A stretch of DNA of 64,000 nucleotides from a virus: IMG/VR virus record IMGVR_UViG_3300010049_000002. One strand, given 5' to 3'. The position numbers and the translations under genes were made by a program. Shown in pieces: positions 35,771 to 43,373 of the stretch (position 1 is the first letter of the stretch; the number at the start of each line of letters is the position of its first letter). Below the pieces are notes generated by a model that was not told where the DNA came from, did no database searches, and saw only the letters and a list, made by a program, of their open reading frames with translations.

Positions 35771-36358
35771 TCAACGGTCTTCACGCCGAATCGTAGCAGG
35801 CTCGCCACTACTGGCCTCGGCCAGGCTGAGCATCGCCTGGAGCTTGCCGATTTCGGCCCGGATTTCCCGGACAACCCCTGGCCGGTCGGCTCGGAGCCGC
35901 TCGGCGAACTCTTCGATGGAGAGAGCCGACAACCGCGGGGCCGGCACCACGTACGGGCTGGAGGCCGGCTCGATAAGGCTCTTCTTGCCGGAGGGCTTTG
36001 GGGGCTTGGCCTGGGGCCTCGGGATGAGAACCCCCGGGACCGACATCCCCATCCGCTGGGCTCTAGTTGCTTCGATGCGCTCCTGGCGCTTCTCCCTCGT
36101 CTCCCGGCCCCGCTTGGGAAGGAAGTCCGGGAACTCGTCGAGGAAGAGAGCTTTTCGAACCTCCGGGTCGCGCTCCTCCGGGTGCCAGTGGGGGTGCCTG
36201 GCCCAGGGCCCGATGTGATGGTGCCAGCCATTGACGCCATAGCGAAAGACGTGGCCACACCCAAGGGGACACGGGCGGGGCTTCAGGGTTCCTTCCGGCT
36301 CTTCAGGCTCGGGGGGCTTAGGGGATTTGGGGGGTGGCAACTTCTTCTTGGAGGCCAT
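35771..36358 (-). CDS. hypothetical protein, paralog of 31443..31937 (195 aa)
   Basis: See 31443..31937. Confidence 0.6.
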   Translation of the reverse strand: MASKKKLPPPKSPKPPEPEEPEGTLKPRPCPLGCGHVFRYGVNGWHHHIGPWARHPHWHPEERDPEVRKALFLDEFPDFLPKRGRETREKRQERIEATRAQRMGMSVPGVLIPRPQAKPPKPSGKKSLIEPASSPYVVPAPRLSALSIEEFAERLRADRPGVVREIRAEIGKLQAMLSLAEASSGEPATIRREDR

Positions 36359-36424
36359 TCGGGGGTTCCTTTCAAAAAGGAGCGACCCGCGGGGACCTGC
36401 CCCGAAGGCCGCCCCTCTCGATTG

Positions 36425-36976
36425 CTACTCACAACAGAACGCGAGATTGCCGCTGGGGTCGTTCATTGCGGCCCCGCAAGTCAGCTGGGGGGCGAGCGCG
36501 CGCGGGGTCGAGCCGTTGCACAGGTATCCGGTGGCGACCGAGGAGCAGGGGACCGATGGCGCAAGCTGGCAGGCGCCGAAAGCGAGGCCGGTGCTGCTGC
36601 CGGTCGTGCAGAAGCTGCACTCGTTCATGCAGTCCAAACAGGCGCACGAGTCGACCCACTTCGTCCACTCGTCCCGGGCGGCCGTCGACTCGACGTCCTC
36701 GCAGGTGTTGACGCACGTCTGGTCGACCTGGCCGCTGCAGTGGTTGACGCAGTCGTTCAGCGAGACGCAGCTCGTGTCTCTACTGCAGGCGGTCGCTTGC
36801 GGCTTGCAGGCGTTCCCAGAAGCGGCCACAAGGCAGCTCTGACAGACCTGGCTGACCGTGGGGTTGTCGAGCGGAAGGGCGATGAGGTCGGACGGGGGGC
36901 CGCTCGTCGATGAGGAGTTCCCTGAGCAGGCGGGGATAAGTAAGAGGAATAAGAGGGTGGTGGTACTGCGATTCAT
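36425..36976 (-). CDS. Cys-rich secreted lipoprotein (183 aa)
   Basis: Signal peptide MNRSTTTLLFLLLIPAC (lipobox-like); many Cys in the mature part. Confidence 0.65.
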   Translation of the reverse strand: MNRSTTTLLFLLLIPACSGNSSSTSGPPSDLIALPLDNPTVSQVCQSCLVAASGNACKPQATACSRDTSCVSLNDCVNHCSGQVDQTCVNTCEDVESTAARDEWTKWVDSCACLDCMNECSFCTTGSSTGLAFGACQLAPSVPCSSVATGYLCNGSTPRALAPQLTCGAAMNDPSGNLAFCCE

Positions 36977-36979
36977 GAC

Positions 36980-37345
36980 TTACTCCGTTGGGGGTTCTTC
37001 TTTGGGGGGATTGTCTTCGGGGGGTTCTTCTTTAGGGGGTTCTTCTTGGGGAATGTCTTCGGGAAGGGGTTCTTCCGGAATGTCTTCCCGGATGTGTTCT
37101 CGCGTCAGGTCCTCGAGCGTTTTCCCCCGAACGAGCTTGGCCTGAGCGCGGATGGCATTGGACACCGCTATCGTGCGGCACCGCCCCGGAGCCAGGCCGG
37201 AGCTGATGCTTTCGAAGAGGCAGAGGATTTCCAAGTCGCCCGCGATATCGTCCGGAAGCCAGACGTCGACCCGCACCAGGCCCGCGGCCCGGCGGCCTGT
37301 TTTCTTCTGGCGCAGCTCCCTCGTGTTCTTCTTCTTGGCGGCCAT
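36980..37345 (-). CDS. hypothetical protein with basic N-terminus and PKEEPP repeats (121 aa)
   Basis: ORF track; repetitive EEPPKEEPPEDNPPKEEPP tail. Confidence 0.55.
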   Translation of the reverse strand: MAAKKKNTRELRQKKTGRRAAGLVRVDVWLPDDIAGDLEILCLFESISSGLAPGRCRTIAVSNAIRAQAKLVRGKTLEDLTREHIREDIPEEPLPEDIPQEEPPKEEPPEDNPPKEEPPTE

Positions 37346-37432
37346 CGTCGGTCGACCCGTTTATAGCTCAGTCTGTCGCTTTCCAGCAAGGTTTACCCGT
37401 GTGGCCGGCGGATGGGCTTGTCAATGGCCTGA

Positions 37433-37445
37433 CCCGTGACCCTTG
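37433..37445 (+). promoter_or_regulatory. heptad-repeat motif copy CCCGTGACCCTTG (half-site ACCCGTGT at 37395)
   Basis: Divergent gap 37346..37477; TAGAAAT box at 37466 ends 5-6 nt before ATG 37478. Confidence 0.55.
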
Positions 37446-37477
37446 TCGGGACAGAGCCGGCGCGGTAGAAATCCCCC

Positions 37478-37738
37478 ATGAGCAAAGAAAGAGACGCGGC
37501 CGAGCTTCCCGAGCTCGAAGAGGCGGTCAAGAAGACGGTCTTCGACACCATCACGGGCGAAGTGCAAACGTGGGTCAAGGGCATCGTCGACTACGAGCTC
37601 CAGACGCGGGAAGTGCGCGAGCTCCGGCCCTACGTGGCGGATTTGGTGCGTGACGCCCTTCGCGATGCGCTCAAGGAACGCGACAAGAAGAAGAGCCCGG
37701 ACGACACGCAGTCGACGAGCAGCGACGAGAACCTCTAG
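37478..37738 (+). CDS. hypothetical charged protein (86 aa), possibly leaderless
   Basis: ATG with no SD; ORF track. Confidence 0.55.
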   Translation: MSKERDAAELPELEEAVKKTVFDTITGEVQTWVKGIVDYELQTREVRELRPYVADLVRDALRDALKERDKKKSPDDTQSTSSDENL

Positions 37739-37914
37739 GGCTTCTGGCCTCGGCTCGGCTGGAGCATCTCATCGAGCGCCGCGTCGCACACCTCGCAGAC
37801 GTGGCCCCGTAGGCGGTCGACCCGTACTCGGGGAGACTTCTCGCCGTCGCAGTGCTCGCAGGGGGTGTTTGCCGGCCAGTGCGCGCCGGTGGTGTCCCAA
37901 TAGCGGCGGGTCAT
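37735..37914 (-). CDS. small CxxC protein (59 aa)
   Basis: Trimmed to MTRRYWDT; CEHC..CEVC; ATGA coupling. Confidence 0.45.
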   Translation of the reverse strand: MTRRYWDTTGAHWPANTPCEHCDGEKSPRVRVDRLRGHVCEVCDAALDEMLQPSRGQKP

Positions 37915-38132
37915 CGGCGGCCCCCGTCGCAGGTGCAGGCGTAGAGGTCGCCGCTCTCTCCCGGTGGAGCGCGCTCGACCACGGCGCAGAACCGGCCGCA
38001 CCTGGAACAGCGCGGCGGCAGGCGTTGGGCGACAAGGACGTGGTCCTCGAATTTGTTGCCGCACTTTGGGCACGGCCCGTCACCCGGCCCCGGCCATTCG
38101 TGCTCGCAGCGCCCGCAGATGAAGTGCGTCAT
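37911..38132 (-). CDS. small multi-CxxC zinc-ribbon protein (73 aa)
   Basis: CGRC..CPKC..CSRC..C.C. Confidence 0.5.
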   Translation of the reverse strand: MTHFICGRCEHEWPGPGDGPCPKCGNKFEDHVLVAQRLPPRCSRCGRFCAVVERAPPGESGDLYACTCDGGRR

Positions 38133-38332
38133 GGCTCCCCCCGGCCCAGGCCCCCGAGCTTGATAGGCCTGAGCGCTGCCGTGAAGCGGTGGTAGGCCCG
38201 GATGCGGTCCACCTCACGGACAGCTGTTTCTAGCCTCACGATGTACTCGAGCGCGGCTAAGAGGGCCGCCCGCATGTCGTCGCGCAGGTCCGGGTCGCTG
38301 GCGACGACATGGCGAAGCTCACTCAGGGTCAT
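38129..38332 (-). CDS. hypothetical protein (67 aa)
   Basis: ORF track; coupled. Confidence 0.5.
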   Translation of the reverse strand: MTLSELRHVVASDPDLRDDMRAALLAALEYIVRLETAVREVDRIRAYHRFTAALRPIKLGGLGRGEP

Positions 38333-38568
38333 TGGGGGGCCTCCTTCCAGAACCAGAACTTCCGGACGAAGTCGGCCACGCCTGCCCCGATGGTCGACGC
38401 CGGATAGGACGCCAACAGCATATCGCCGCTGAGCACTCGCAAGCGCCCCCTGCGCACCCCTAGCCGTGCCAGCTTCTTGCCGTCGCGGGAAATGAATCCG
38501 TCGTCGGATAGCTCAGCACCATAGCGGCGGAGCGTGGCGGTGACCCATTCGCGTTGCTCTGGAGTCAT
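38329..38568 (-). CDS. hypothetical protein (79 aa)
   Basis: Trimmed to MTPEQREW; ATGA coupling. Confidence 0.45.
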   Translation of the reverse strand: MTPEQREWVTATLRRYGAELSDDGFISRDGKKLARLGVRRGRLRVLSGDMLLASYPASTIGAGVADFVRKFWFWKEAPQ

Positions 38569-38753
38569 TGGTCGGTCTCCACAGCCCCGGGTTGTCGGAA
38601 TCGCACATAGCCGTTCTGGAACCAGAAGGCGGGCGCTGGTCGGGGTTCGTTCCACCGGTGGCCGCAGTCCTCGCAGCGCTTGACCAAGCTGCGCAGCTTG
38701 ACGAGCACCAAGACCGGTGGGCCGTGGCACTCGGGACAAAAGCTATCCCTCAT
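38565..38753 (-). CDS. small zinc-ribbon protein (62 aa)
   Basis: Trimmed to MRDSFCPECHG..CEDCG; ATGA coupling. Confidence 0.45.
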   Translation of the reverse strand: MRDSFCPECHGPPVLVLVKLRSLVKRCEDCGHRWNEPRPAPAFWFQNGYVRFRQPGAVETDQ

Positions 38754-39172
38754 GAGACGTACACCTTTCCGTCGTCGCCCACGTAGAAGTCCTGAGAGCC
38801 GAACGTCTTTGCGGCTTTGCTGAGCAGTTCCCCCGCGTCCCGGCCGCGGTCCCAGAATCCGGTCCCATGCCCGTTTCGGGTGAGGAAGAAGTCGTGCCCG
38901 GCCTCCTCCGCGCTCCACTCATCGAGGGAGATGCCTAGGTCCGCGCAGTAGCCGAGGAAGTTCTCGCAATCCTTTTTGACCTCCGCGAGCGCCTCCGGAG
39001 CGAGGTCGTCGGGCCCGAAGTTGTCCTCGAGCGGGTCGCCCCCGTCATCGCGGCCGCAATAGCCATTCTCGTCTAGCTGGTTGTCCGGATGGCCCTCTCC
39101 GAGATAGCCGTTATCGTTCGTCGCCCAGAGGGCGCAGTCGATGTAGCCACCGACGAATGCATCCAAGTCCAC
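38750..39172 (-). CDS. conserved hypothetical acidic protein (140 aa) with GHDFFLTRNGHGTGFWD motif
   Basis: Motif I recall from plasmid/phage accessory-region proteins; family name not recalled. Confidence 0.6.
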   Translation of the reverse strand: MDLDAFVGGYIDCALWATNDNGYLGEGHPDNQLDENGYCGRDDGGDPLEDNFGPDDLAPEALAEVKKDCENFLGYCADLGISLDEWSAEEAGHDFFLTRNGHGTGFWDRGRDAGELLSKAAKTFGSQDFYVGDDGKVYVS

Positions 39173-39184
39173 GTTGGCCTCCTT

Positions 39185-39319
39185 TCAATGCCAGTGATGG
39201 TGATGGTGGCCCCAGCCGCGCCGGGGACCTCGCCAGCCGTGGCGGTACCAGCCCCCGCGATGGTGCCAGCGGCTGAGCAGGAACAGTCCCCCGAAGAGCC
39301 ATAAAACGATGAGAGCCAT
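39185..39319 (-). CDS. tiny membrane peptide with His/Trp/Arg/Gly tail (44 aa)
   Basis: Not in ORF track (<60 aa): MALIVLWLFGGLFLLSRWHHRGGWYRHGWRGPRRGWGHHHHHWH*; AAAGGA SD. Confidence 0.4.
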   Translation of the reverse strand: MALIVLWLFGGLFLLSRWHHRGGWYRHGWRGPRRGWGHHHHHWH

Positions 39320-39332
39320 GGGCGTTGTCCTT

Positions 39333-39533
39333 TCAGGCTTCTGAGACCAGGACGTCACTCCCCTCGGGAACGTCCCCCCGTTCGTCGAGCATCCGGGCGA
39401 CCTCGCTCCGGAGCCATGGGTGGCCGGGCGACCAGAGGAAGACCTTCACGCGCTTGCCGGTGTTGGTTTTGAACTCGACCCGGTAGCGGCGATGGGTCAC
39501 GCCCTCGACAACGAGTTCGCGGGGGCGCTTCAT
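39333..39533 (-). CDS. hypothetical protein (66 aa)
   Basis: ORF track; ATGA coupling. Confidence 0.5.
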   Translation of the reverse strand: MKRPRELVVEGVTHRRYRVEFKTNTGKRVKVFLWSPGHPWLRSEVARMLDERGDVPEGSDVLVSEA

Positions 39534-40066
39534 GGCTTCCCCGCGAGGATGCGACGGCCCTCCGCCTCGTAGGCGCTCCGCGCGCGCTCGACTTGGTCCG
39601 CGTCCGGTTCTTCGCCCAGCAGCTTATCGAGGGCGGTCCGATGCTCGCCGGACCACTGTCCGTCAAAAGTCAGGCCATCGTCCGCGTGCTCGGCGCAGAC
39701 ACGGGCGTCCCGACGGGCGAGGTCGCGGGCCCACTCATGCACCAGCTTTCTGGCCCGGCGCGTCTCCCACTCGCCTCCTATCCCGCAGAAGTCGTTCCAC
39801 CCCTCATCGCCCAGCCAGCGGAGGATTTCCTCCTCCAATTCGTAGTCCTTCCTGCCCTCGTCGAGGGTCTTTCCGCCCGTGACCTGACAGGTGTCGTCTC
39901 CGGCTCCGCCGAACCTCGCTTGTTGGACCTCGACCTCGTAGCCCTCGAGCCACGGTGCCTCACTCAGGGTGTCGTCTACGAAGTCTCGCCAGCAATCGAA
40001 GTCCGTCCCGTCGACGTCGCCCATGCTCGCGCTGGAAAGGGTGATGATGATGCGCCTCGCTGCCAT
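39530..40066 (-). CDS. hypothetical acidic protein (178 aa)
   Basis: ORF track. Confidence 0.55.
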   Translation of the reverse strand: MAARRIIITLSSASMGDVDGTDFDCWRDFVDDTLSEAPWLEGYEVEVQQARFGGAGDDTCQVTGGKTLDEGRKDYELEEEILRWLGDEGWNDFCGIGGEWETRRARKLVHEWARDLARRDARVCAEHADDGLTFDGQWSGEHRTALDKLLGEEPDADQVERARSAYEAEGRRILAGKP

Positions 40067-40156
40067 GATTCGCTCCGTTGGGTGAGAGAATAGCTCAGTC
40101 TGCCATGAGCCGGCCGCCCCCCCCGGCGCGGCTCAGCTCCCCCCCTTTGGGCCCCC

Positions 40157-40444
40157 CTACCGGTGGCCCGGCCGGAAGCCCCCAAAGCCCCCGTGGCCCC
40201 CGCCGAACCCCGGCCGGTAGCCTCCCCCGGGCCGGGGGCCGATGTGCCCGAACGGGCGCCCGCCATGGCCGAAGCTTCCGCCATGCCCCCCGTAGCCGCC
40301 CCCGTAGGAGTGGCCGTAGCCGCCCCCGCGGCCTCCGCCGTAGCCTCCGCCTCCGCGCCCGCCGTAGCCGCGCCCAGCCGCGCTCGCGATGGGACTCAGG
40401 GCAAAGATGCCGAGGAACGCGCCGAGGATGATGATGCTTTTCAT
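40157..40444 (-). CDS. secreted Gly/Tyr/Arg/His-rich peptide (95 aa)
   Basis: Signal peptide MKSIIILGAFLGIFALSPIASA then GRGYGGRGGGGYGGGRGGGYGHSYGGGYGGHGG.. Confidence 0.55.
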   Translation of the reverse strand: MKSIIILGAFLGIFALSPIASAAGRGYGGRGGGGYGGGRGGGYGHSYGGGYGGHGGSFGHGGRPFGHIGPRPGGGYRPGFGGGHGGFGGFRPGHR

Positions 40445-40677
40445 GGTCGGGACTCCTTTTCATAATCGTGTTCGAAGACAAGCTTTCGTCCGAACGGATA
40501 GCGCTCGTCTTCCTGGTAGATTTCCGCGCGCTCGACGCGGCCCTCGCTGACGAGCGCCTGCAGTCGGGCGTCCGCCTCGGCGCGGGAGTCGAACATCTCT
40601 TCGTAGCTCCCGTGCTTGAACGCTGAGGGGTATGGCTCTAGCCCGGCGTACGGGAGGTAAGATAGTAGGTGTCGCAT
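40441..40677 (-). CDS. hypothetical protein (78 aa)
   Basis: Trimmed to MRHLLSYLPY. Confidence 0.5.
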   Translation of the reverse strand: MRHLLSYLPYAGLEPYPSAFKHGSYEEMFDSRAEADARLQALVSEGRVERAEIYQEDERYPFGRKLVFEHDYEKESRP

Positions 40678-40679
40678 GG

Positions 40680-40835
40680 TCAGTCCCCCTCGTCGCAATC
40701 GCAGCAGCGCCGGTTGCATCGGCCTCGCCCCGTGACGATGACCGGGGGCTCACGGCGGTCCCCTCGACCGCTCGCGGCGGCAAGGACGATGACGAATCCA
40801 ATCAGGATGAGAAACAGGGGAAACATGTGGTGCAT
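40680..40835 (-). CDS. tiny membrane peptide with Cys-rich tail (51 aa)
   Basis: Not in ORF track: MHHMFPLFLILIGFVIVLAAASGRGDRREPPVIVTGRGRCNRRCCDCDEGD*; AAGGAG SD. Confidence 0.4.
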   Translation of the reverse strand: MHHMFPLFLILIGFVIVLAAASGRGDRREPPVIVTGRGRCNRRCCDCDEGD

Positions 40836-40847
40836 GGTGGTGACTCC

Positions 40848-40964
40848 TTATTGAGAGACGAGAGTGGTAATCGGTTTATTCAGATGGTCGGCTCTAACCT
40901 GTTGCCGAATGTTGAGGGCCAGGCTGGCCAGGAGGAGGGCGATAATCAGCGATTCGAGTTTCAT
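40848..40964 (-). CDS. tiny membrane peptide (38 aa)
   Basis: MKLESLIIALLLASLALNIRQQ..; same TGACCATG junction as at 40675. Confidence 0.35.
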   Translation of the reverse strand: MKLESLIIALLLASLALNIRQQVRADHLNKPITTLVSQ

Positions 40965-40966
40965 GG

Positions 40967-41362
40967 TCAGTGCTCCGCGCCGGCAACGTTGTCGAAGTGC
41001 TCGCCGAGGAACCGACGGAGGCGCGGGGCCATCCGCACGCAAGCGGCGTGAATCCTCTCCGCCTTGCGGCTATCGGAGTCGTACCCAAGGTCGGAGCAAA
41101 ACTCTTCGAACGACTGTTCCCCGGCGTTTGCGTCAATGACCAGGCAGGCCAGAACATCCGCCGCGGTAGGTTCCCTCGTGCTGGCCGGGCCCATAAAGAA
41201 GTCGACGGTGAGCTGTCTCCGGCCTCCGCCCGCGGTGCGACGGGTCAAAGTCACGCGGTACGGGTGCGTCCCCGGTTGCCAGCCTTCCGGTACCTCCGCT
41301 CCGCCATATTGGGATTCGGCCGTGATTCCGAGCTTCTCGCAGAGCGCCTCTAGCTGACTCAT
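40967..41362 (-). CDS. hypothetical protein (131 aa)
   Basis: Trimmed to MSQLEALCEK. Confidence 0.5.
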   Translation of the reverse strand: MSQLEALCEKLGITAESQYGGAEVPEGWQPGTHPYRVTLTRRTAGGGRRQLTVDFFMGPASTREPTAADVLACLVIDANAGEQSFEEFCSDLGYDSDSRKAERIHAACVRMAPRLRRFLGEHFDNVAGAEH

Positions 41363-41444
41363 TGATGCCTCCAATACCCCATGCCCCGGCCCGCCGGTTG
41401 TCCGGCGAGTGCGGGGCGGGGCAGGGGGCTTGGCGGCCCAGGCG

Positions 41445-42125
41445 CTACTCGTCGCTGTCGTCGTCGTCGTCTTCCGGCTCATCGGCCGGCACATAGACGG
41501 ACCACTTGCAGTAAAACTGACTCTGCTCGTCCTTGTGAAAGATGAATCGCCGGTAACCCTTCGCGACTAGCTCCTTCGCGACCTTCTTCGGGTCGTCGGT
41601 CTGCCCCGGGTGAAACCCGGTTTCATAGGAATCCTCATTCAGCCGGACGTACCCATGGTCCGTCGGGTCAATCGAGGCGATAGAATTGAACCCCTGCCCG
41701 TCGGCCAAGCCGCGGAGATACTCCGCCGGGTCCAGGCAATCGGTGCAGGTGATATCCCCGTCACCCACAACGAATTCCGGTTGCCAGCCGTAGGAGTCCG
41801 GCTCGGTTTTAATCAGGCGCCCGCAATCGCCACAGGTGGTCACCTCGTCAGACCAGTCAATCTCGGCGCCGGCTTTCTCCAGAAGGTCTCCGAGGCGCTT
41901 CATCAGGGTTTTCGCCCGCTCGGAGTAGCTGTTATCATGGTAGCCTCCGATATCGTTCCAGTCGGCGTACCATATACCGCCTTTTGGGGCCTCGCGTCGG
42001 TCCGCCCACTCGGCCGCCCACCCGACGTTCTCGACCTCATTGGAGAACACGTGGGTGCCATACTGCTTGTCGAACCGCTTCGCGTCGGCGCGGGCGGCTT
42101 CATAGACTCGGGATGCGGTGACCAT
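41445..42125 (-). CDS. hypothetical acidic protein with CxxC..CxxC (226 aa)
   Basis: ORF track; poly-Asp C-terminus. Confidence 0.6.
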   Translation of the reverse strand: MVTASRVYEAARADAKRFDKQYGTHVFSNEVENVGWAAEWADRREAPKGGIWYADWNDIGGYHDNSYSERAKTLMKRLGDLLEKAGAEIDWSDEVTTCGDCGRLIKTEPDSYGWQPEFVVGDGDITCTDCLDPAEYLRGLADGQGFNSIASIDPTDHGYVRLNEDSYETGFHPGQTDDPKKVAKELVAKGYRRFIFHKDEQSQFYCKWSVYVPADEPEDDDDDSDE

Positions 42126-42154
42126 CGGAGAACCTTCCTTTTTGATTCGTGAGA

Positions 42155-42370
42155 CTATGGGCGGTAAGATTCGAGGCTACGGGCGGTAAGCTCCACCTGC
42201 TCCAGCTGCCCCGCCATATCGTCCAGCCGCCGCTGGATAACACCTAGAGCCTCGCTGCACGTGAGCGGCATGTCGCTGGCGTATCGCGCGTCCGCTACCT
42301 CGCAGATTGCGTGCTGCAATGCGGTAAAAGCGGCGTGAATTAGTTCGGACGGTGCTTTGGGTGTGACCAT
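42155..42370 (-). CDS. hypothetical protein (71 aa)
   Basis: ORF track. Confidence 0.5.
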   Translation of the reverse strand: MVTPKAPSELIHAAFTALQHAICEVADARYASDMPLTCSEALGVIQRRLDDMAGQLEQVELTARSLESYRP

Positions 42371-42388
42371 GTGCAGATTCCTTTCGGG

Positions 42389-42589
42389 CTAGCGACAGAC
42401 GTAACCGCACTTCTTGCAGGTATTGAAGGAGTAGTTGACCAACATGCGTAGCGTCACCCGCTTTCCGGCCCCACCGCACGCCTTGCAGGTGACGGTGTGA
42501 GACGGGTCCTCTGCGGTACCCTTCCCGAAGTACAGCGGGTTCGCGTCCAGCCTTGCCTGTAACCTCTGCTGCCAAACGGGCTTCGCCAT
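42389..42589 (-). CDS. small zinc-ribbon protein (66 aa)
   Basis: CKACGG..CKKCG. Confidence 0.5.
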   Translation of the reverse strand: MAKPVWQQRLQARLDANPLYFGKGTAEDPSHTVTCKACGGAGKRVTLRMLVNYSFNTCKKCGYVCR

Positions 42590-42599
42590 GAGGTGCCTG

Positions 42600-42629
42600 C
42601 CTTCCTTCTGTCAGCCTTCCTTCTGTCAG
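42600..42629. repeat. 15-bp tandem duplication CCTTCCTTCTGTCAG x2 (duplicated SD region on minus strand)
   Basis: Direct reading; lies immediately 5' of ATG 42589. Confidence 0.85.
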
Positions 42630-42644
42630 TCTGAAAGGGTCGAC

Positions 42645-42980
42645 TCAGAATATATTCACGTTGTCCGGACAACGCAACCTGAATGCCTTCACTTCCGCCA
42701 GCGCTTCGTCGGCGGAGCCATAGGGCCCCATCCAGCTGGTCGTATCCGTGTAGCCCGGGGCCGACAAGCGGCTGTACCACCCTTCCTTGCGCTCAACCTC
42801 GCGGACGGTGGAGCCTTCCAAGTAGTCGCGAAGGTCCGCCTTGACCCTTCCGGGGCCGTGAACACCCATCGCCGCGAGGTCGAGAATCCCGCACACATTC
42901 TGGGGCACAAGCTCCAGCCCTACTTCCGTCTCTACGTGGTACATGACAAGATGTTCCGCAACAGGCACCATGAATCCCAT
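42645..42980 (-). CDS. hypothetical protein (111 aa)
   Basis: ORF track; first gene of the minus-strand accessory block. Confidence 0.55.
   Translation of the reverse strand: MGFMVPVAEHLVMYHVETEVGLELVPQNVCGILDLAAMGVHGPGRVKADLRDYLEGSTVREVERKEGWYSRLSAPGYTDTTSWMGPYGSADEALAEVKAFRLRCPDNVNIF
42659..42674. promoter_or_regulatory. perfect 16-bp palindrome CGTTGTCCGGACAACG (operator candidate), copy 1
   Basis: Followed on minus strand by TGAA-TATATT (-10-like); second copy at 43032. Confidence 0.45.
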
Positions 42981-43031
42981 AGTCTCGTCTCCCTTCTTGC
43001 CTAGTTAGACGCAGGGGCGGGCGTGTTTATT

Positions 43032-43046
43032 CGTTGTCCGGACAAC
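43032..43046. promoter_or_regulatory. palindrome CGTTGTCCGGACAAC (operator candidate), copy 2
   Basis: Upstream of ATG 42980 on minus strand; flanked by a T7/A7 tract. Confidence 0.45.
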
Positions 43047-43055
43047 TTTTTTTAT

Positions 43056-43105
43056 GGGGCCTACCCCCCAACAAGCGGGGCCTGACCCCATGGGGCGAAA
43101 TCCCC
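43056..43105. repeat. three tandem GGGG-N4/6-CCCC mini-palindromes
   Basis: GGGGCCTACCCC, GGGGCCTGACCCC, GGGGCGAAATCCCC read directly. Confidence 0.7.
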
Positions 43106-43309
43106 TTGTTTCTGGCCCTCGTCGTCGGCTAGGACATGACATATTCTGTCACGTCTCGTGCCAGCCTGAGCCTAGCCCATGTCCGGCCCGGGACCGTGCC
43201 CCGCCCCGGTCCGGAATCGGCCCTAGGGACGCGTCTTCTCAATCCCCGCTACTCCCCCCCTAGGCTAGTGGCCAATCGGCCCTCCTAAGGGCCATTCCGG
43301 CCCGCCTGT

Positions 43310-43322
43310 CCCGTGACCCGTT
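43310..43322 (+). promoter_or_regulatory. heptad-repeat motif copy CCCGTGACCCGTT
   Basis: 52 nt upstream of integrase ATG; TATATT box at about 43354. Confidence 0.55.
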
Positions 43323-43373
43323 GCGGGCCGGCGCCCCCGGGAGTAGCCTAAGGTATATTAGCGCCAACACGGG

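Noticed and set aside
43032-43054. Palindrome plus T7 tract as a rho-independent terminator
   Set aside because: No plus-strand gene ends upstream of it. On the minus strand the A-tract precedes the hairpin. The identical palindrome at 42659 has no T-run. An operator role fits better.
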